From the NCBI GenBank assembly GCA_964106915.2, contig OZ066918.1: a stretch of DNA of 64,000 nt. One strand, 5' to 3'. How positions within the stretch are numbered: the first letter of the stretch is position 1; each line of letters begins with the position of its first letter. Origin of the DNA: Podarcis gaigeae (Eukaryota). Under the pieces are notes generated by a model. It was given only the letters and a program-made list of their open reading frames with translations. It was not told where the DNA came from and searched no databases. The translations under genes were made by a program, and so were the position numbers. Shown piece by piece: positions 14,641 to 28,050 of the stretch.

Positions 14641-14940
14641 TGGAGAATGATATATGGCCAATACTTGGTTTCCCATTTTAAATTTCAATGAACTTTCAGC
14701 AGACCAAAGGACTGTTGAAATGAGCCTGAATGTTTTAGAATATGATGGAGTGAAAGCATGATGAGAGACAGGATGTTCTGTTGCTAAGCACCTGAACACA
14801 ACAGAGAAGCTGAGCTACATTTGTGTTCTCTTATACAGAGGCACTTGAGTGAGAGTATTATATTTCAGCAGATGGGTGATAACGTGTTATTATTATCTGT
14901 CTATCTGTAAAATGGCGCTGCCTCATCTGCAACTGCATCA

Positions 14941-15123
<183 letters not shown>

Positions 15124-15333
15124 TCATCATGGCAGCAATAGATATGTCAAACATTGTTAAGCCCTTGCTTGACATAAGCGGCTATGTGGACTTCTGTACA
15201 ATGAAGACAGATGAAAAAATCAGTGGAGGCATTTCTGTCAATCTGGCTACTGAAATTTTTCACAGCAAGAGAACCCTGCCTTGTTAATGACTCCAGCATA
15301 TTTCAGATAGCACAGTAGCAGGACACAATATGG

Positions 15334-15933
15334 CAGGCATCAACAAACTTTTTCCGGAGGGAGTTGGTCCATTGTCCCTCAGACCTTGTGGGGGGCTGGA
15401 CCCACCCTCTCCTGAAAGCAACCCCCCCAAAAGGACCCACCCTGCCACCACTCACGCTGCAGCTGCCGCCAGCACCTCATCTTTGGCAGCATTGTCGGCC
15501 TCTGCTTTGGCCAGGGGTCCACGGGGCGCAGAGCCCATGCCGCTGGCCTGGGTGGCAGAGGCAGCCTCCCCACTGCTGCCGCTTCCTCCCACTCAGCTCT
15601 TTGCAATACGCAGCCGCCTCAGTGGGAAGGAAGGGGCATCGCCCAGAGGTGTCCGTGGCTTCGGATTGGCTGCAGGAGCTTCCTGTGGCCAATCTGAAGC
15701 CACTCCAGTGTCACCCCCACCCAGAGGCGTCCAGGGCTTCGGATTGGCTGCAGGAGCTTCCAAAGCCGCACCAGCATCGCAGAAGTCAGTCCCCATGCGG
15801 TGAGGCCTCCGCGCCATGCTGGTTTAGCGCGGGGACTGACTGAGCGGGTGGCAGGATCTGCAAGGTTTGCAGGCCGGATTAACGAGCCCAGTGGGCCACA
15901 TCCAGCCCACGGATCTTAGTTTGCCAACCCCTG
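15334..15933. mobile_element. Non-autonomous hAT element, 600 bp, GC-rich interior
   Basis: TSD CAATATGG / CAGTATGG (1 mismatch); TIRs CAGGCATCAACAAACT / AGTTTGCCAACCCCTG; internal duplication of about 40 bp (CCCAGAGG...GGCTTCGGATTGGCTGCAGGAGCTTCC). Confidence 0.85.
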
Positions 15934-17855
15934 CAGTATGGGGTAAAAACAATTCTCATTTTATCATAACTTTAGAAACAATGAGTAAAATATAGAGTGC
16001 TTATTGCATTTCTTGCTATTCCATCTAACAAGTGGAGTGCTACACTAAATATAGCTTATTTTCATTTTGTTTTCAGCCACGCTCATCGTTTCTGTTCTTC
16101 AATCAAACAGGGAAAAGTTACAAGATACTAGTTCCCTTCATGTATTACTCGTGTGAAAGAGTGTGTAGAAAGGGTGGCAATGGCAGTCTAGTAGCCCCAC
16201 CTCCAACAATGTGCAGCTCTTTCTGACCCTGCAACCCGCTTTGAGACCTTATGGAGAAGGGTGGATAAGAAATCCAAAAAATGATAATAAATATAAAGTC
16301 ATTTTGGGGAAACATTTTAGGGCCCCAAAGTGCATATATAAAATAACAAATAAACAACAACAAAAAATTGTGCACTGTAAATCATTATTTAGCATTTCAT
16401 CCACTCAACAATAGCTAATAGCCTAATTTTAACCCTTCTACTAAGTCACTGTAAAAAAAAAAAGTATTGCGTGATTTAAAATTCTTAACGTTTTTGCCTA
16501 TTTTCACCTTTGTTTGAAAATTTCACTGTTTACTCTGGTTTACATAAGTTAATTACTAAGATATGTAGAAATCCTGCCTTAATATCTAATTTAGGTCTCC
16601 TATCTGAAAATTCTGCATAACATAATTAATAGTTGTTCCAATATTTGCGAAGTCTAATGAATACTGTGCCTGAGTAAACAGAGCAGGAATTTACCTGCCT
16701 GGAGAAGAGCAGGTCTTGATCGGGGATGGTGGGTGGGGCGGGGAGAGAAGCAGCAACTCTCTTAGTCTAACTTGCTTTTGGCTTTGCACATAACACAATA
16801 GTGTGATCTTTTTTGCAACAAAACCTATGTATATACACAACTCAAAAGAACCTTGAGATGATTTTCCTTACTGGACACTGTAGGAAAGGAACATCATCTA
16901 ATGACATTTCTCTTCTCTTGAGTGTTTCTCTCCGAGCTCTTTAGTTTATAGTTTCACATGCACTACTGAGATATTTTCTTTGGCACCCATCTCACACATA
17001 GTTTTATAAAATTTCATGATGCGGTCGATGACAACTCAACAGTTATTTCTTCATTAAGCTAAGATACTGAGACTGAAGAACTATTTTTGAATGTATGAAA
17101 TAAGGTTAGGAGCACAAGGTCAAACATTTCAGGTGGAACAGAATCATAACTTTCCATTTAGCCTGTTCATTTGCACTTGCTCTACCTTCCCAACCTTCTC
17201 ACTTCCTCACCCCCCATTCTCTCTCTCCCTCTTTCACACACCACAATAGTGGCAGTGTCTCTGCCATACAAGACGTTGGTCTCAATCTTCATCAGAGAAG
17301 GATGGTGATCACTAATCTGCTCACCTTTTTACATTCCTGTTTGAACTCCTGGGAAACTAAAATGCTATATATCAACTAGCATAGTACAGTACAATCTCCT
17401 CTTGCACACATTTAACTTTGGCGATTTCAAGCCAACCAGTTGAATTAAAACCCTGGAAGGCAGAGAGCTTAAAAGTTCTATTTGCTTCATGGTTTTCTGG
17501 GCATGGAGAGTGCTTTTAAGCTCTCCACCTTGCTTACTGGGCTCTGGGATTCTCTTGTGAAACTTGGACAGCCCCACAAGATCTCACAAGAGCATCCTAG
17601 AGCACAGTAAACAAGTCAGAGAGTCGGCTCGGTGTTCTGCTCCAGAAAGCTAAAGATGCTCACGCGGGGATGGCTCCAAGGGGGTAGTTCAAATATATGC
17701 ATTTTTGCACATACATGCTATCCCTGAAATATAAGTCCCATGCCAGATGGGATCAAAGTGTATAGTGAGGTCATTCCATCAACCTTACAACTCGTCTTGC
17801 TAAATGGGTGGTGTCACAGCATAACCAGTACAAAGATGAATTAATAGTAAAATTA

Positions 17856-18215
17856 GACGCAGGTGGCGCTGTGGGTTAAAGCCTCAGCGCCTAGGACTTG
17901 CCGATCGAAAGGTCGGCGGTTCGAATCCCTGCGGCGGGGTGCGCTCCCGCTGCTCGGTCCCAGCGCCTGCCAACCTAGCAGTTCGAAAGCACCTCCGGGT
18001 GCAAGTAGATAAATAGGGACCGCTTACCAGCGGGAAGGTAAACGGCGTTTCCGTGTGCGGCTCTGGCTCACCAGAGCAGCGATGTCACGCTGGCCACGTG
18101 ACCCGGAAGTGTCTCCGGACAGCGCTGGCCCCTGGCCTCTTGAGTGAGATCGGCGCACAACCCCAGAGTCTGTCAAGACTGGCCCGTACGGGCAGGGGTA
18201 CCTTTACCTTTACCT
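17856..18215 (+). mobile_element. Near full-length young Sauria SINE
   Basis: A box GGTGGCGCTGTGGG, B box GGTTCGAATCC, many CpGs retained, ACCTTT-repeat tail. Confidence 0.93.
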
Positions 18216-18244
18216 ATTACAAAAAATTAATAGGTTCAGCTTAC

Positions 18245-18388
18245 CTATTTACAATTTTATGAACTTCCGTCTTCCCATCATTTTTTGGATGATCTGGGCT
18301 GGCAGGTGGAGAAGCAGTGAGCCACTCTTGGTTTGACAACATGGTATCAGGAGAAATATCCGTAAATAACGGATCTTCTTCTAGATCT
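18245..18388 (-). CDS. FHIP2A: FHIP2A exon 12 ([13 protein letters not shown]...EVHKIVN)
   Basis: 144 nt; cag|A and AG|GTAAGC. Confidence 0.95.
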
Positions 18389-19536
18389 CTGTGAATTTGC
18401 AGCAAAAAAGGGGAGAGAAACATTTTTTGTTTTACTCTCTAAAAGCACTGAAATTTAGTCATTTTCTGAATCTATGTCTAGGATCCAAAGAGCTGCTTTA
18501 GGCTTGCATGCATCAAATAGGATTTTTGCCTTGTTTCCCTTTCAACTGATCTAATGTCAAATCACAAACTGTCATTAAAGCATGTCTCAAAAAATAACTA
18601 GCAATATGGCTTAAGGACTGCTTTTTTAGAAACTGAAACCCAAAGCCCCATGGGCATGCAGAACTAGTTTCACACTTCCTTGGATCGTGTCTTTTTTTAT
18701 TTTAAACAACTTTTATTTACTGAAATAATGGCGTGACATGGAACTAGAGAACATTAACATGAACTAGTGTTCACTGAGAATGCATAGATAAATGAAACAA
18801 GGAAACATATATTCTAATTTTATGAAAGGGGCTTATGAATTTCTGTTGTATTGTTAAATAATATTGCAGCAGCCAAGGCAACATTCAAGTTCTGGGTGTT
18901 CTAAAGCCACACAAGTGAATCAACAAATGCTTTGAATCTTACCCAAATTTCAAAGACAAATGGGCTTACATATCCTTAATCAAGACATCAAGCTGATCAG
19001 TCAAAAAGGGAGGATAGCCTAATTTGTGTTTAAGTCTTGTCTAAAGCTCTGGAGAGCCACTGTCATTTTCAGTGTAAATAATAGAGAGCTAGATGGACTT
19101 GATACAAAGCAGCTCCTTACACTCTTGTGTTGAACACATGCAAAAATGAAGGAATTACTCCATAGACCCCTTAAGCCAACTACCACAAGTTAAACTCCAC
19201 TTGTTTACTCAGAAGCAGGTCCCACTGTATTCAATAGGGCTTGCACTCTAGAAAGTGTATTTAGGATTGCAACTTGAGATGCATGGATGGGTGAGAAGTG
19301 AAACAGCAGCAGACTGTTAACATGCTGGGTTATGTAACAGTTCTATACACAGTATAAAGCCTAACACCGTAACTTTATTTCTAGATTCAACATTATGTCA
19401 GTATACTAAAATACACACACCCTCTGGCCTAAAATGTAATCTTTGATTTGATAACAACAGCTGAAAGACATTTCAGCTACTGCAGAACTCTCCAATGACA
19501 CAGAGGAAGAAATGTGGGGCACAGAAAAGAACATAC

Positions 19537-19706
19537 ACAGCTCCTGCTATTTGGCCATTCTCCACCACATCTTTATCTTCTTGACAGGGTGGTTTATATT
19601 CCGTATAGTTCCTCTCCTCTAAATTTCTAAGAACCAAGTTATAAAGAATGTGCTCATCAGGTTTTTGCAAAAGGTGCTCAAACATTCTGAGTGTCATTAT
19701 GCTGAT
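19537..19706 (-). CDS. FHIP2A: FHIP2A exon 11 ([16 protein letters not shown]...NGQIAGAV)
   Basis: 170 nt; cag|ATC and GT|GTATGT. Confidence 0.95.
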
Positions 19707-20995
19707 CTGCAATATATAAAAAAGACATAAAAACAGGTTCCCACAAAGCAGAGAGTATGTTATTATGGTGTTGCACCTATTAAAAAGTATTCCATTTCTT
19801 TAATGAATAATAAATGTTTTCCCACACACATACTTTCTCAGTGCTATAAACTGCTGGTAACCAACGGAGTAACAGACAAAAGAATCAACCCAAACTATGC
19901 GTATGGCCCTTACCTATTGCAATTGCTCTGGTTTGTCAGAGAGCTATTATTTACGGTTTGGGGCAGACAGAGGTTTCACATGAGAAGTACTTTTCATTAT
20001 TCAAATAGATGTGCTAATGAAATACTCTGAAGCCCTACACCCATGAAGTGTGCAAAGCGCACAGTTTAAATAAAGCCCCTGCCCCCATAACATATTATTG
20101 CTATAGTACTTGACAATACATTCCTTCTCACAGCAACTGCATAAGATAATGAGAGACTGATTTGCTGTAAGGACTTATGGTTTTGGAGTCTATCCAACTT
20201 TGTAATGTCCTCACTCTAGTTATGGAGACCAGGACCAAAGCATCTCCACACTGTGGAAACAGAAAGGAAGTGCTAGTTACAGCAAACCCGTAACTATCCT
20301 TTCCTTGCCTGCCTCTAATCTTTCAACCAGTACAGGCCTCAGGTTGGTCTGCCTGCTCCCTAGATGCAGCCTTCTGGAATTGCTGGCAGGCCGTTCTTCC
20401 CCTTCCCAGTCAACTCATTTTTTAAGTCTCAACCTTGGCAGATGAGACAGGGACCATAACAAACTGTAGTGGCTCACCCAACTAAGTACTAGAATGGGAG
20501 AAGTACCTGGCCTCACAGTGTCCTGAGCCATTCCCACCCCCAGTGCATTAGCCTCAAGAGCACATGTTGTCACCTGGACTCAGGTAAGTAGCAACTCCCT
20601 CCCCACATTACAAAGCTCCCCTTTCTTCCCAAGAGTTCATGGTTGAAGTAGACTCTGAACTCAGGACTTTCAGATATTTCAGCACTATTTCAGATTTTTC
20701 AGCACTATTTAGTGCATCTCAAAATGCATTTTCCAGTTCATTGGGAATGGAAGAACCTAGAGGAAGCAGCAGTGGAAGATGGACCCTGAAGTAGCTCCCA
20801 GTAGGTTTCAACACATTTTGTTCATTGATATCAGATCTCTGAAGATGAGCTACTCAAACAGCTTCAACCCCCCCCCAAACCACTGTCTAACACTTGAAAG
20901 ATCCACTCATTAGTAAGTTGTTTACAAATGCAATGACATTGGTCATAGCATGTTGGCAGTCACCCCTGTACTTATGCGGTATTATAATATCTTAC

Positions 20996-21188
20996 CTCAT
21001 CTGAAATGTGATCACAGTGTTCAATTAAGCGATGTCGCAATGGGTGCCTGTTGATGTCTGTCAGTTTTTCTGGCTCCCTTCGCTCCCCAAGGATAAAGCA
21101 GACCATTTCATGTACTAAAGCATCTGAAGTGACTTGGCGAACCATACGATGCAACAGGGCCGTTGACGTGAGAATCCCCATCTCTGAA
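20996..21188 (-). CDS. FHIP2A: FHIP2A exon 10 ([14 protein letters not shown]...HCDHISDE)
   Basis: 193 nt; cag|T and GAG|GTAAGA. Confidence 0.96.
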
Positions 21189-21294
21189 CTGAGCACAAGA
21201 AGGATTTTTAAAGGAAGTGACATAGGTTCCTTCTTTATGTACATATAAAAAATAGGGGAGACCTCTCTCTCTTTCCAACAAATGCCTTACTCAC

Positions 21295-21371
21295 GTTTGC
21301 ATTAGTTGGGGTTCCATTACGCCAACAAAAAAACGTTCTCGCACCGAGCTTGCCATGGCAACAGCTGTTGT
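21295..21371 (-). CDS. FHIP2A: FHIP2A exon 9 (TTAVAMASSVRERFFVGVMEPQLMQT)
   Basis: 77 nt; cag|ACA and AC|GTGAGT. Confidence 0.95.
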
Positions 21372-21480
21372 CTGAAATAAGAGGGCACAGTGATACTCCC
21401 TTTCCAATTTAGGAAAATTAATAATATATTCTAAACTTGTTTTGGATTGTACATAGAAAAGGGTTAAAGTAGGCATCTCA

Positions 21481-21636
<156 letters not shown>

Positions 21637-21853
21637 TCAGTATTTATTGGTTTTCATCACAGCATAACTAGAAGTTCCATGACTAACCTAAGCATTTAGA
21701 TATCGCTTGTAGTTTGGTGCTTTGAAGTTTTTACTTCTTTGGAGAGCCACCTCAAGCACAAGTTGTGCTATAAATGTATTTTTTAGAAATGCTTTTTTTA
21801 ACATACACAAGGCATAAACTGTAGCTCAAGGTCCATTGAGACAATATTCTTAC

Positions 21854-22050
21854 CCCCAGTTAACTCCTTCCACTGTTTCAATATCTAAAGGATCCATCGA
21901 CTGAGGGAGGGCTTTGTAGAGAGAGGCCAACCTGTCTGTCAACAGTTCACACAAGCATGTACTCTCTGCTAAGCATTTGGCGGCTGCTGGTTCCGGCAAA
22001 CTCACTAGGAGCATGAGGCCTTCACAAGCTTTCACAGCTATCCGGCCATC
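21854..22050 (-). CDS. FHIP2A: FHIP2A exon 7 ([15 protein letters not shown]...VEGVNWG)
   Basis: 197 nt; cag|GAT and GG|GTAAGA. Confidence 0.96.
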
Positions 22051-22920
22051 CTGTCACATAAGAGAAGACAGAATACAGTAAGTTTCAAGTTCAAATAGGA
22101 GAGGAAGAATATTAGGGTTCACATGGCTATTACTACAGATATATAATAATATACCCTAATGAATTGACAAAGTTGTTTTATCGCTGTAGTTTCTTTATCT
22201 CCACTAAGGCCCTTTCGAAAACAATATGTTTGCTTTATTTCAGTAGACACTATTTAGAACAAGACTAAGCAACTTTTGGCATGACCATGACCAAGTTATT
22301 AACAGCCTGTGAGCGACAGTTAAAAATAAATCTGCAAGCATTATAACAGTAAGGAGGAAAAGTGACAACAGTTCAGCGACCCAATGAAACAATCCCCAAA
22401 TAAACCATGGTGACGAACATCAGTTTCTGTAGAAGATCAGCTCACAGGACTACAGGACATACAAAAGGTATACTAAATAAAAATAAAAGCTCACCTCACA
22501 ATTTTGGTGATACTAATGTTTTCCTGAACATTTGAAGCCTGCAATACAAGGTTCTGTCCTCATCTTACCAGTTTGGGATGCTTAGCAGGGCAGTGGGGAG
22601 GGGGGAGCATTACATTTTACAACTGGCAGGGAAGTATTTTTCCAAAACCAGATGATTTCACACCAAGCAACATTTATTATGTATGTGCTAGAAGAGTAGA
22701 AAACCATACCCACCACATTTACCATAATGATATTTTAAGTATAGTCACTGAATTAAAAATGTGTGTTTGGGGACACTGATGGTGTTTTTAGAGGCCTTCA
22801 GTGCCTCTCTCAGCTGATAATTCCTTCCATTCTTTCTGATTAATCAATAAAAAGCCTTCAGCCTCCCCCCTTCCCCCCAATGCCCACTTGAAATCAAAAA
22901 CAATTCTGCCAGTCACTCAC

Positions 22921-23208
22921 CGGGCTTTTGGTGAGATTGAGTAGAGAATCCACCAAATTATAGTCCCCATGTGGATGGGAAGCCAAAGCCTCAGGGGACA
23001 AAGGGACGTTTAATTCATCTAGACTTGTGGACAGGTCATCTGCCTGCTGAGGAAGGTCATTTGTGCTCTCTGCTTGATCCGCTCCACTTGATGTCTCTTC
23101 AGGCTGAACAGACTGTCCTGTATCTGTCACCACGGAATCTTGGCCTTTTAGCATGTCTGCTGTAATTAAGCTTGCTGTGCCTTTTGAAGCCAGCCCCTTT
23201 AGCTTGCT
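22921..23208 (-). CDS. FHIP2A: FHIP2A exon 6 (SKLKGLASKG...LLNLTKSP), variable linker region
   Basis: 288 nt; cag|AGC and CCG|GTGAGT; an in-frame upstream acceptor also exists at 23268. Confidence 0.9.
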
Positions 23209-25659
23209 CTGAAGAGGGTTACATCCAGAAAGAGAATTACAAAGATAAAAATGGCGCCTGCACTGAAGCTGAAAACACAGCAAAATACAAGGCTTCCAAA
23301 TAAAGCAGGCACAAACACAAGGAGGGTTAAACAAAACAAACTAAAAACAAAACAGAAAAAGAAACAGATAGCTGGAGTGCTGTCTCATCAAAGAAACTGA
23401 TTAGAGCAGCTCAACTTCTTTATCACTAAAACATGTATATGTGAAGGTTGTCCCCAAGACTCTCAGGGTTTGAAAACGGAATTTGAATTTCTGAGAAGTC
23501 ATTTACCTCAGCCAGCACTGGGAAGCTTCAAAATCTTAATGGTCATTGTAGATCTCATCTAGATGCTGAAGTTCTGCATTTAAACGGGCTTTTGACAAAA
23601 TTTAAGTAACCCTGTAAACTGTCATTATATATCTTGGGATGAATTTCATCGGACATTATCTTTTGATTTATTACGCTCTATCTTTGAATTATTTTTTTCT
23701 TGCAAAAAATGACTATTTATCCACCATGGCTTACTTCTTCTGTTTCTTGGTTTCTAGATAAAACACATCTCATTCATAATACTAGGACCATTGGCAGATG
23801 ACATGTTTGCAGATGATATATTACTCTTAATGCTCAAGAGTTGGACAAGCACATGACTACTTTAACAACCATGCTGCACAAATCCTACATACCAGACTTT
23901 ACAGAAATTATAAAAAAGGAACCTCAGTCAACCCACTAGCTGGAGCCATTATTTAACATTTGCCTTTTACACCAACTTCTGTATTAGTCAGTTCAATAAG
24001 TTTGCAAAAAATGGCCTTTCCTTATTCTATCAAGCCACTGAAGTAAGTGGATGCCATTTGATTTGTTCAATCTTCGGTACGAATGTCACATTTACTATAT
24101 ACAGGCAACCTTTTGACACAAATGCATTTAATGGAAAATGTGAATTTTCAGGTCAAGACCCCAATCCACCTTATCTCTGTGGTTCTGGAAACACAGTTTC
24201 AGATTCCAATCTAACCATGCTTCTGAGCTGCATATGTCTAAGAAAAACAAAAGCTGTTCTAAGAATGAGCAGTTATTCTCAGGAAATCTGCACCTGCCAT
24301 CTTAACAAGATCTTGACACCATTCCCTAGGGATCCATGTTCCTCACTTCACATTCTTCTTGAAATGGAAGAATTGCACCCCTGCCTATAAATCAGTTTCA
24401 GATGTTTAGAAAGACCTTCAGAGCATACGGATTCAAAGTATCAGTCTTTATAAGAGATGGGGGGAAGTATGAGCACACAGTTAATTATCCCTAAAGATGA
24501 AGAAAATGCATATCCTACAGTATCTATAAGCAATAGAATGGCAATCCTTTATTAAAATAAGCGTGTATAACTATCTATTACGTACACAACTATCCCTGAG
24601 CCTTAAGAAATATTTTACTGTCAGTCTTCACTTTTATTCCTGAAAAGTGCTGGAAGAACATGCAACATGCCATGCATCACAGAAAACAATCTTCCAGCTC
24701 TTGAATATAATTTATTTTATACTGTAATATAATATAATTGAATGATTCCCAATATAAAGATGGGGGGGGGGCAGAGGAGGAGGTGTGACAACTAATTATG
24801 CATAGAGAAGACCTGCAGCCTCTACACCTTCTCTGCTAACCAACCTAGTTTCCACATGGATTAAATTTAGTTCCTACCTGACAAGGCTATGTAAAAGTAG
24901 TGTTATCTATGAGGGATTGCATAAAGCCAGCAGGATGCTTAAATTGTGCTATTGTTTGTATGCTAGTCCCTATATATGCAGCGTTAGCACACCGGTGAAG
25001 CATGTGCCAGAGCTGTGGATTTCTAGGGTGCTAACATGATATCATGCAGCTCCACAGACTCAATTTAAACAAGATATTTAATTCACGTAACCCTACAGGG
25101 CACATTTTCTCTCCATTTTACAGGGTTAGTGAATTTCAATAAAAGAGTTTTTGCATCTAGCTCAGCAAAACAGACAAAATCCACTGGTCTGTCCATGCAG
25201 TTCTGAAGCCCACCTGCTCACCTGCCTCCTGGAAATATGTAGGACAGGGTCTTGTATCACCTAATAGGAAAGTTTAATGAAATAAGCTCCATATTTTCAG
25301 AGTCAAGATCACCACCATCAAGGAACTTCACTCCCAGACCACTGGGGATAGCAAGGACAAGCAACCATTTGCCAAATTTAACAGGAAGGGACTGTACACC
25401 TCTCTAAGTGGAAGAGGGGAAAATACAGAAAGCATCTCTTCTGATTAAGAAAAGAATTCCAGATAAATAAAATCTTCCAGAGATGGTAACAACAACAAAA
25501 AGCAAACCTCCACCAGAGAATGCTAACTGATAAAATAAGAAGTGTAAAGAAATATACTTGGCATAGGAATAATTACTTCGTTCATTAGATTAATAATAAT
25601 AAGGAGAGGGGAAGAGAATAAATATAAATATAAAAATGCAGCACTGTTGTGTAAATAAA

Positions 25660-25760
25660 CAACAACAACAACAACAACAATAATAATTTATTTATACCCT
25701 GCCCATCTGGCTGGGTTTCCCCAGCCACTCTGGGTGGCTTCCAACAAAATATAAAAATAC
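25660..25760 (-). mobile_element. LINE-type 3' tail with CAA/TAA microsatellite
   Basis: CAA repeats then TTTATTTATACCCTGCCCATCTGGCTGGGTTTCCCCAGCCACTCTGGG, a terminal hairpin I recall as a common lacertid repeat end. Confidence 0.55.
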
Positions 25761-25818
25761 AATTTTTATGCTTCTGTAATATCACCACAGAAACACACAA
25801 TCTGGTTTCTGGCACAAG

Positions 25819-26010
25819 TCATAGAATCATAGAATTGTAGTTTTGGAAGGGATCGTCTAAGTCCATCCCCGTGCAATGCAGGAATCTCAACTAAAGCATC
25901 CATGACAGGTGGTCATGCAACCTCTGCTTAAAAATCTGCAAGGAAGGTGGGTTCATTACTTCTTATGGAAGTCTGTTGAACAGCTCTTACTGTCAGAAAG
26001 TTCTTCCCGA
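25819..26010 (-). mobile_element. CR1 LINE 3' fragment
   Basis: TCATAGAATCATAGAA tail (ATTCTATG repeats on minus); same body as 12704-12940. Confidence 0.75.
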
Positions 26011-26240
26011 TAACTTCAACTCTCTTTTGAAAAGCAGTTTCTAGCCCCGGCAATGGCAAAAGAACTTGGAAACATACAAGCAACAGATGGGGAAGGCTCA
26101 GGAGCCAGTAGCAGGTTAGAAGTAGCTTCCAGGAATCAAAAGGCTTTATTCCCTGCCCCTCTGATCCTGACAGATACCTAATTCATTTCCCTTTATGGTG
26201 GGAAAGAAACCCCAGTTAACAAGCAGTGTGATCTACCTAC

Positions 26241-26363
26241 CTCAAGGAAGAAGTTAACCAAGTATGGATCTTGTTTCAGCTTTGCACACACTGTACAGAG
26301 AAACTGGATTTCTTCATTTTCTGTGGGTGTTGCCAGAACTTCCCCACAAAGTCTGATTAATTT
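26241..26363 (-). CDS. FHIP2A: FHIP2A exon 5 ([18 protein letters not shown]...VNFFLE)
   Basis: 123 nt; cag|AAA and GAG|GTAGGT. Confidence 0.95.
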
Positions 26364-26548
26364 CTGTTCAAGAGAATATTATTATTAATAGTACTACTAA
26401 AGAAAATAAAACCCCAATAAAAATGCCCACATCAGGATACAGTGTTGAATTTTGCTTTCTAAGATCTTAAAGCAACAAAACTGAAATATTACACCCAATA
26501 ATCTGGGAGACATCATTAAAATGTGTTCCTTTAAAAAGAGTTTAGTAC

Positions 26549-26653
26549 CTGCACAGGTCGGTGTACATTTATGTGTGGGAGAAGAGGCTGTTGTATTCTT
26601 CCCAGCAGCTTTGTATAAAAGGATAAAACCTGCTGTTTCATGCCTGGAGGACA
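26549..26653 (-). CDS. FHIP2A: FHIP2A exon 4 ([10 protein letters not shown]...HINVHRPVQ)
   Basis: 105 nt; tag|TGT and CAG|GTACTA. Confidence 0.95.
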
Positions 26654-27520
26654 CTAGAAAAAGAGATACAATAAACATGAAATATACATAATGTGGAAAC
26701 TGGCAAACAAAACCAACAAGGTGTCTAGAAACATTAGTTTAGTAACAAACACATTAAATGCATCCAATATCTCATCCATTTTACAATACAGAGATTTGGT
26801 ACAACACTTAGACCAATTATATCTTCATTCTATTTATTTTATTTCTATACCGCCTTATACTTGAAGGTCTTAAGAAGGTCTGACCCTTATAGCGCACATT
26901 ATGCAGTTAATTTAGCATTTCAAACTAGCATAGACTAAGATCCTATGCACTTGTTTTATATCTGTAGCAAACATTTGCAGTTGTTTAGTTTGTGTTACAC
27001 TTATTGTTCATACAATATACTGCAAGCAGCTTTAGGTTTTGTGGGAAACCAGCACACAAATAAACACAAAGATATACAAGTGTCCATTCTTTTATGTCTA
27101 GCAGTAGTCTCTCACACCCAAATGGGTGTGGTCTGGTGTGTGTGTTTTTGTGTCTTTCTCTCTCTCTCTCTTTCTGTTTGTGTGTGTGTAGATGGAGAAC
27201 CTTGAAAAGATTATGTGTGCATGCTTTCCACGGCAGTTTTAACCCTTGGAGTGTTGTTTTTTTTCAAGTGAAGAGGGATACAATGTATTTGGAAAATGTT
27301 CAGCTACTACTCAATCAAAATAGCTTTCATTCTGCCCAACTGCCAGGATCTTTCCATGACACCATGTCCTTGCGCCCTCTGCTTTCAACAGCAGCATTTC
27401 TTCACCACTTGTAATACAACACTATTTTATTCTCAAAGGTACTGCAAAAATATGACAAGTCAAAATTTCGTTTACTGAAACAGTACGCACAAACTAAGTA
27501 CACATGATTATATCCAGTCA

Positions 27521-28050
<530 letters not shown>

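Noticed and set aside
15330-15843. 157- and 159-aa ORFs
   Set aside because: They lie almost wholly within a GC-rich non-autonomous hAT element and resemble no known protein.
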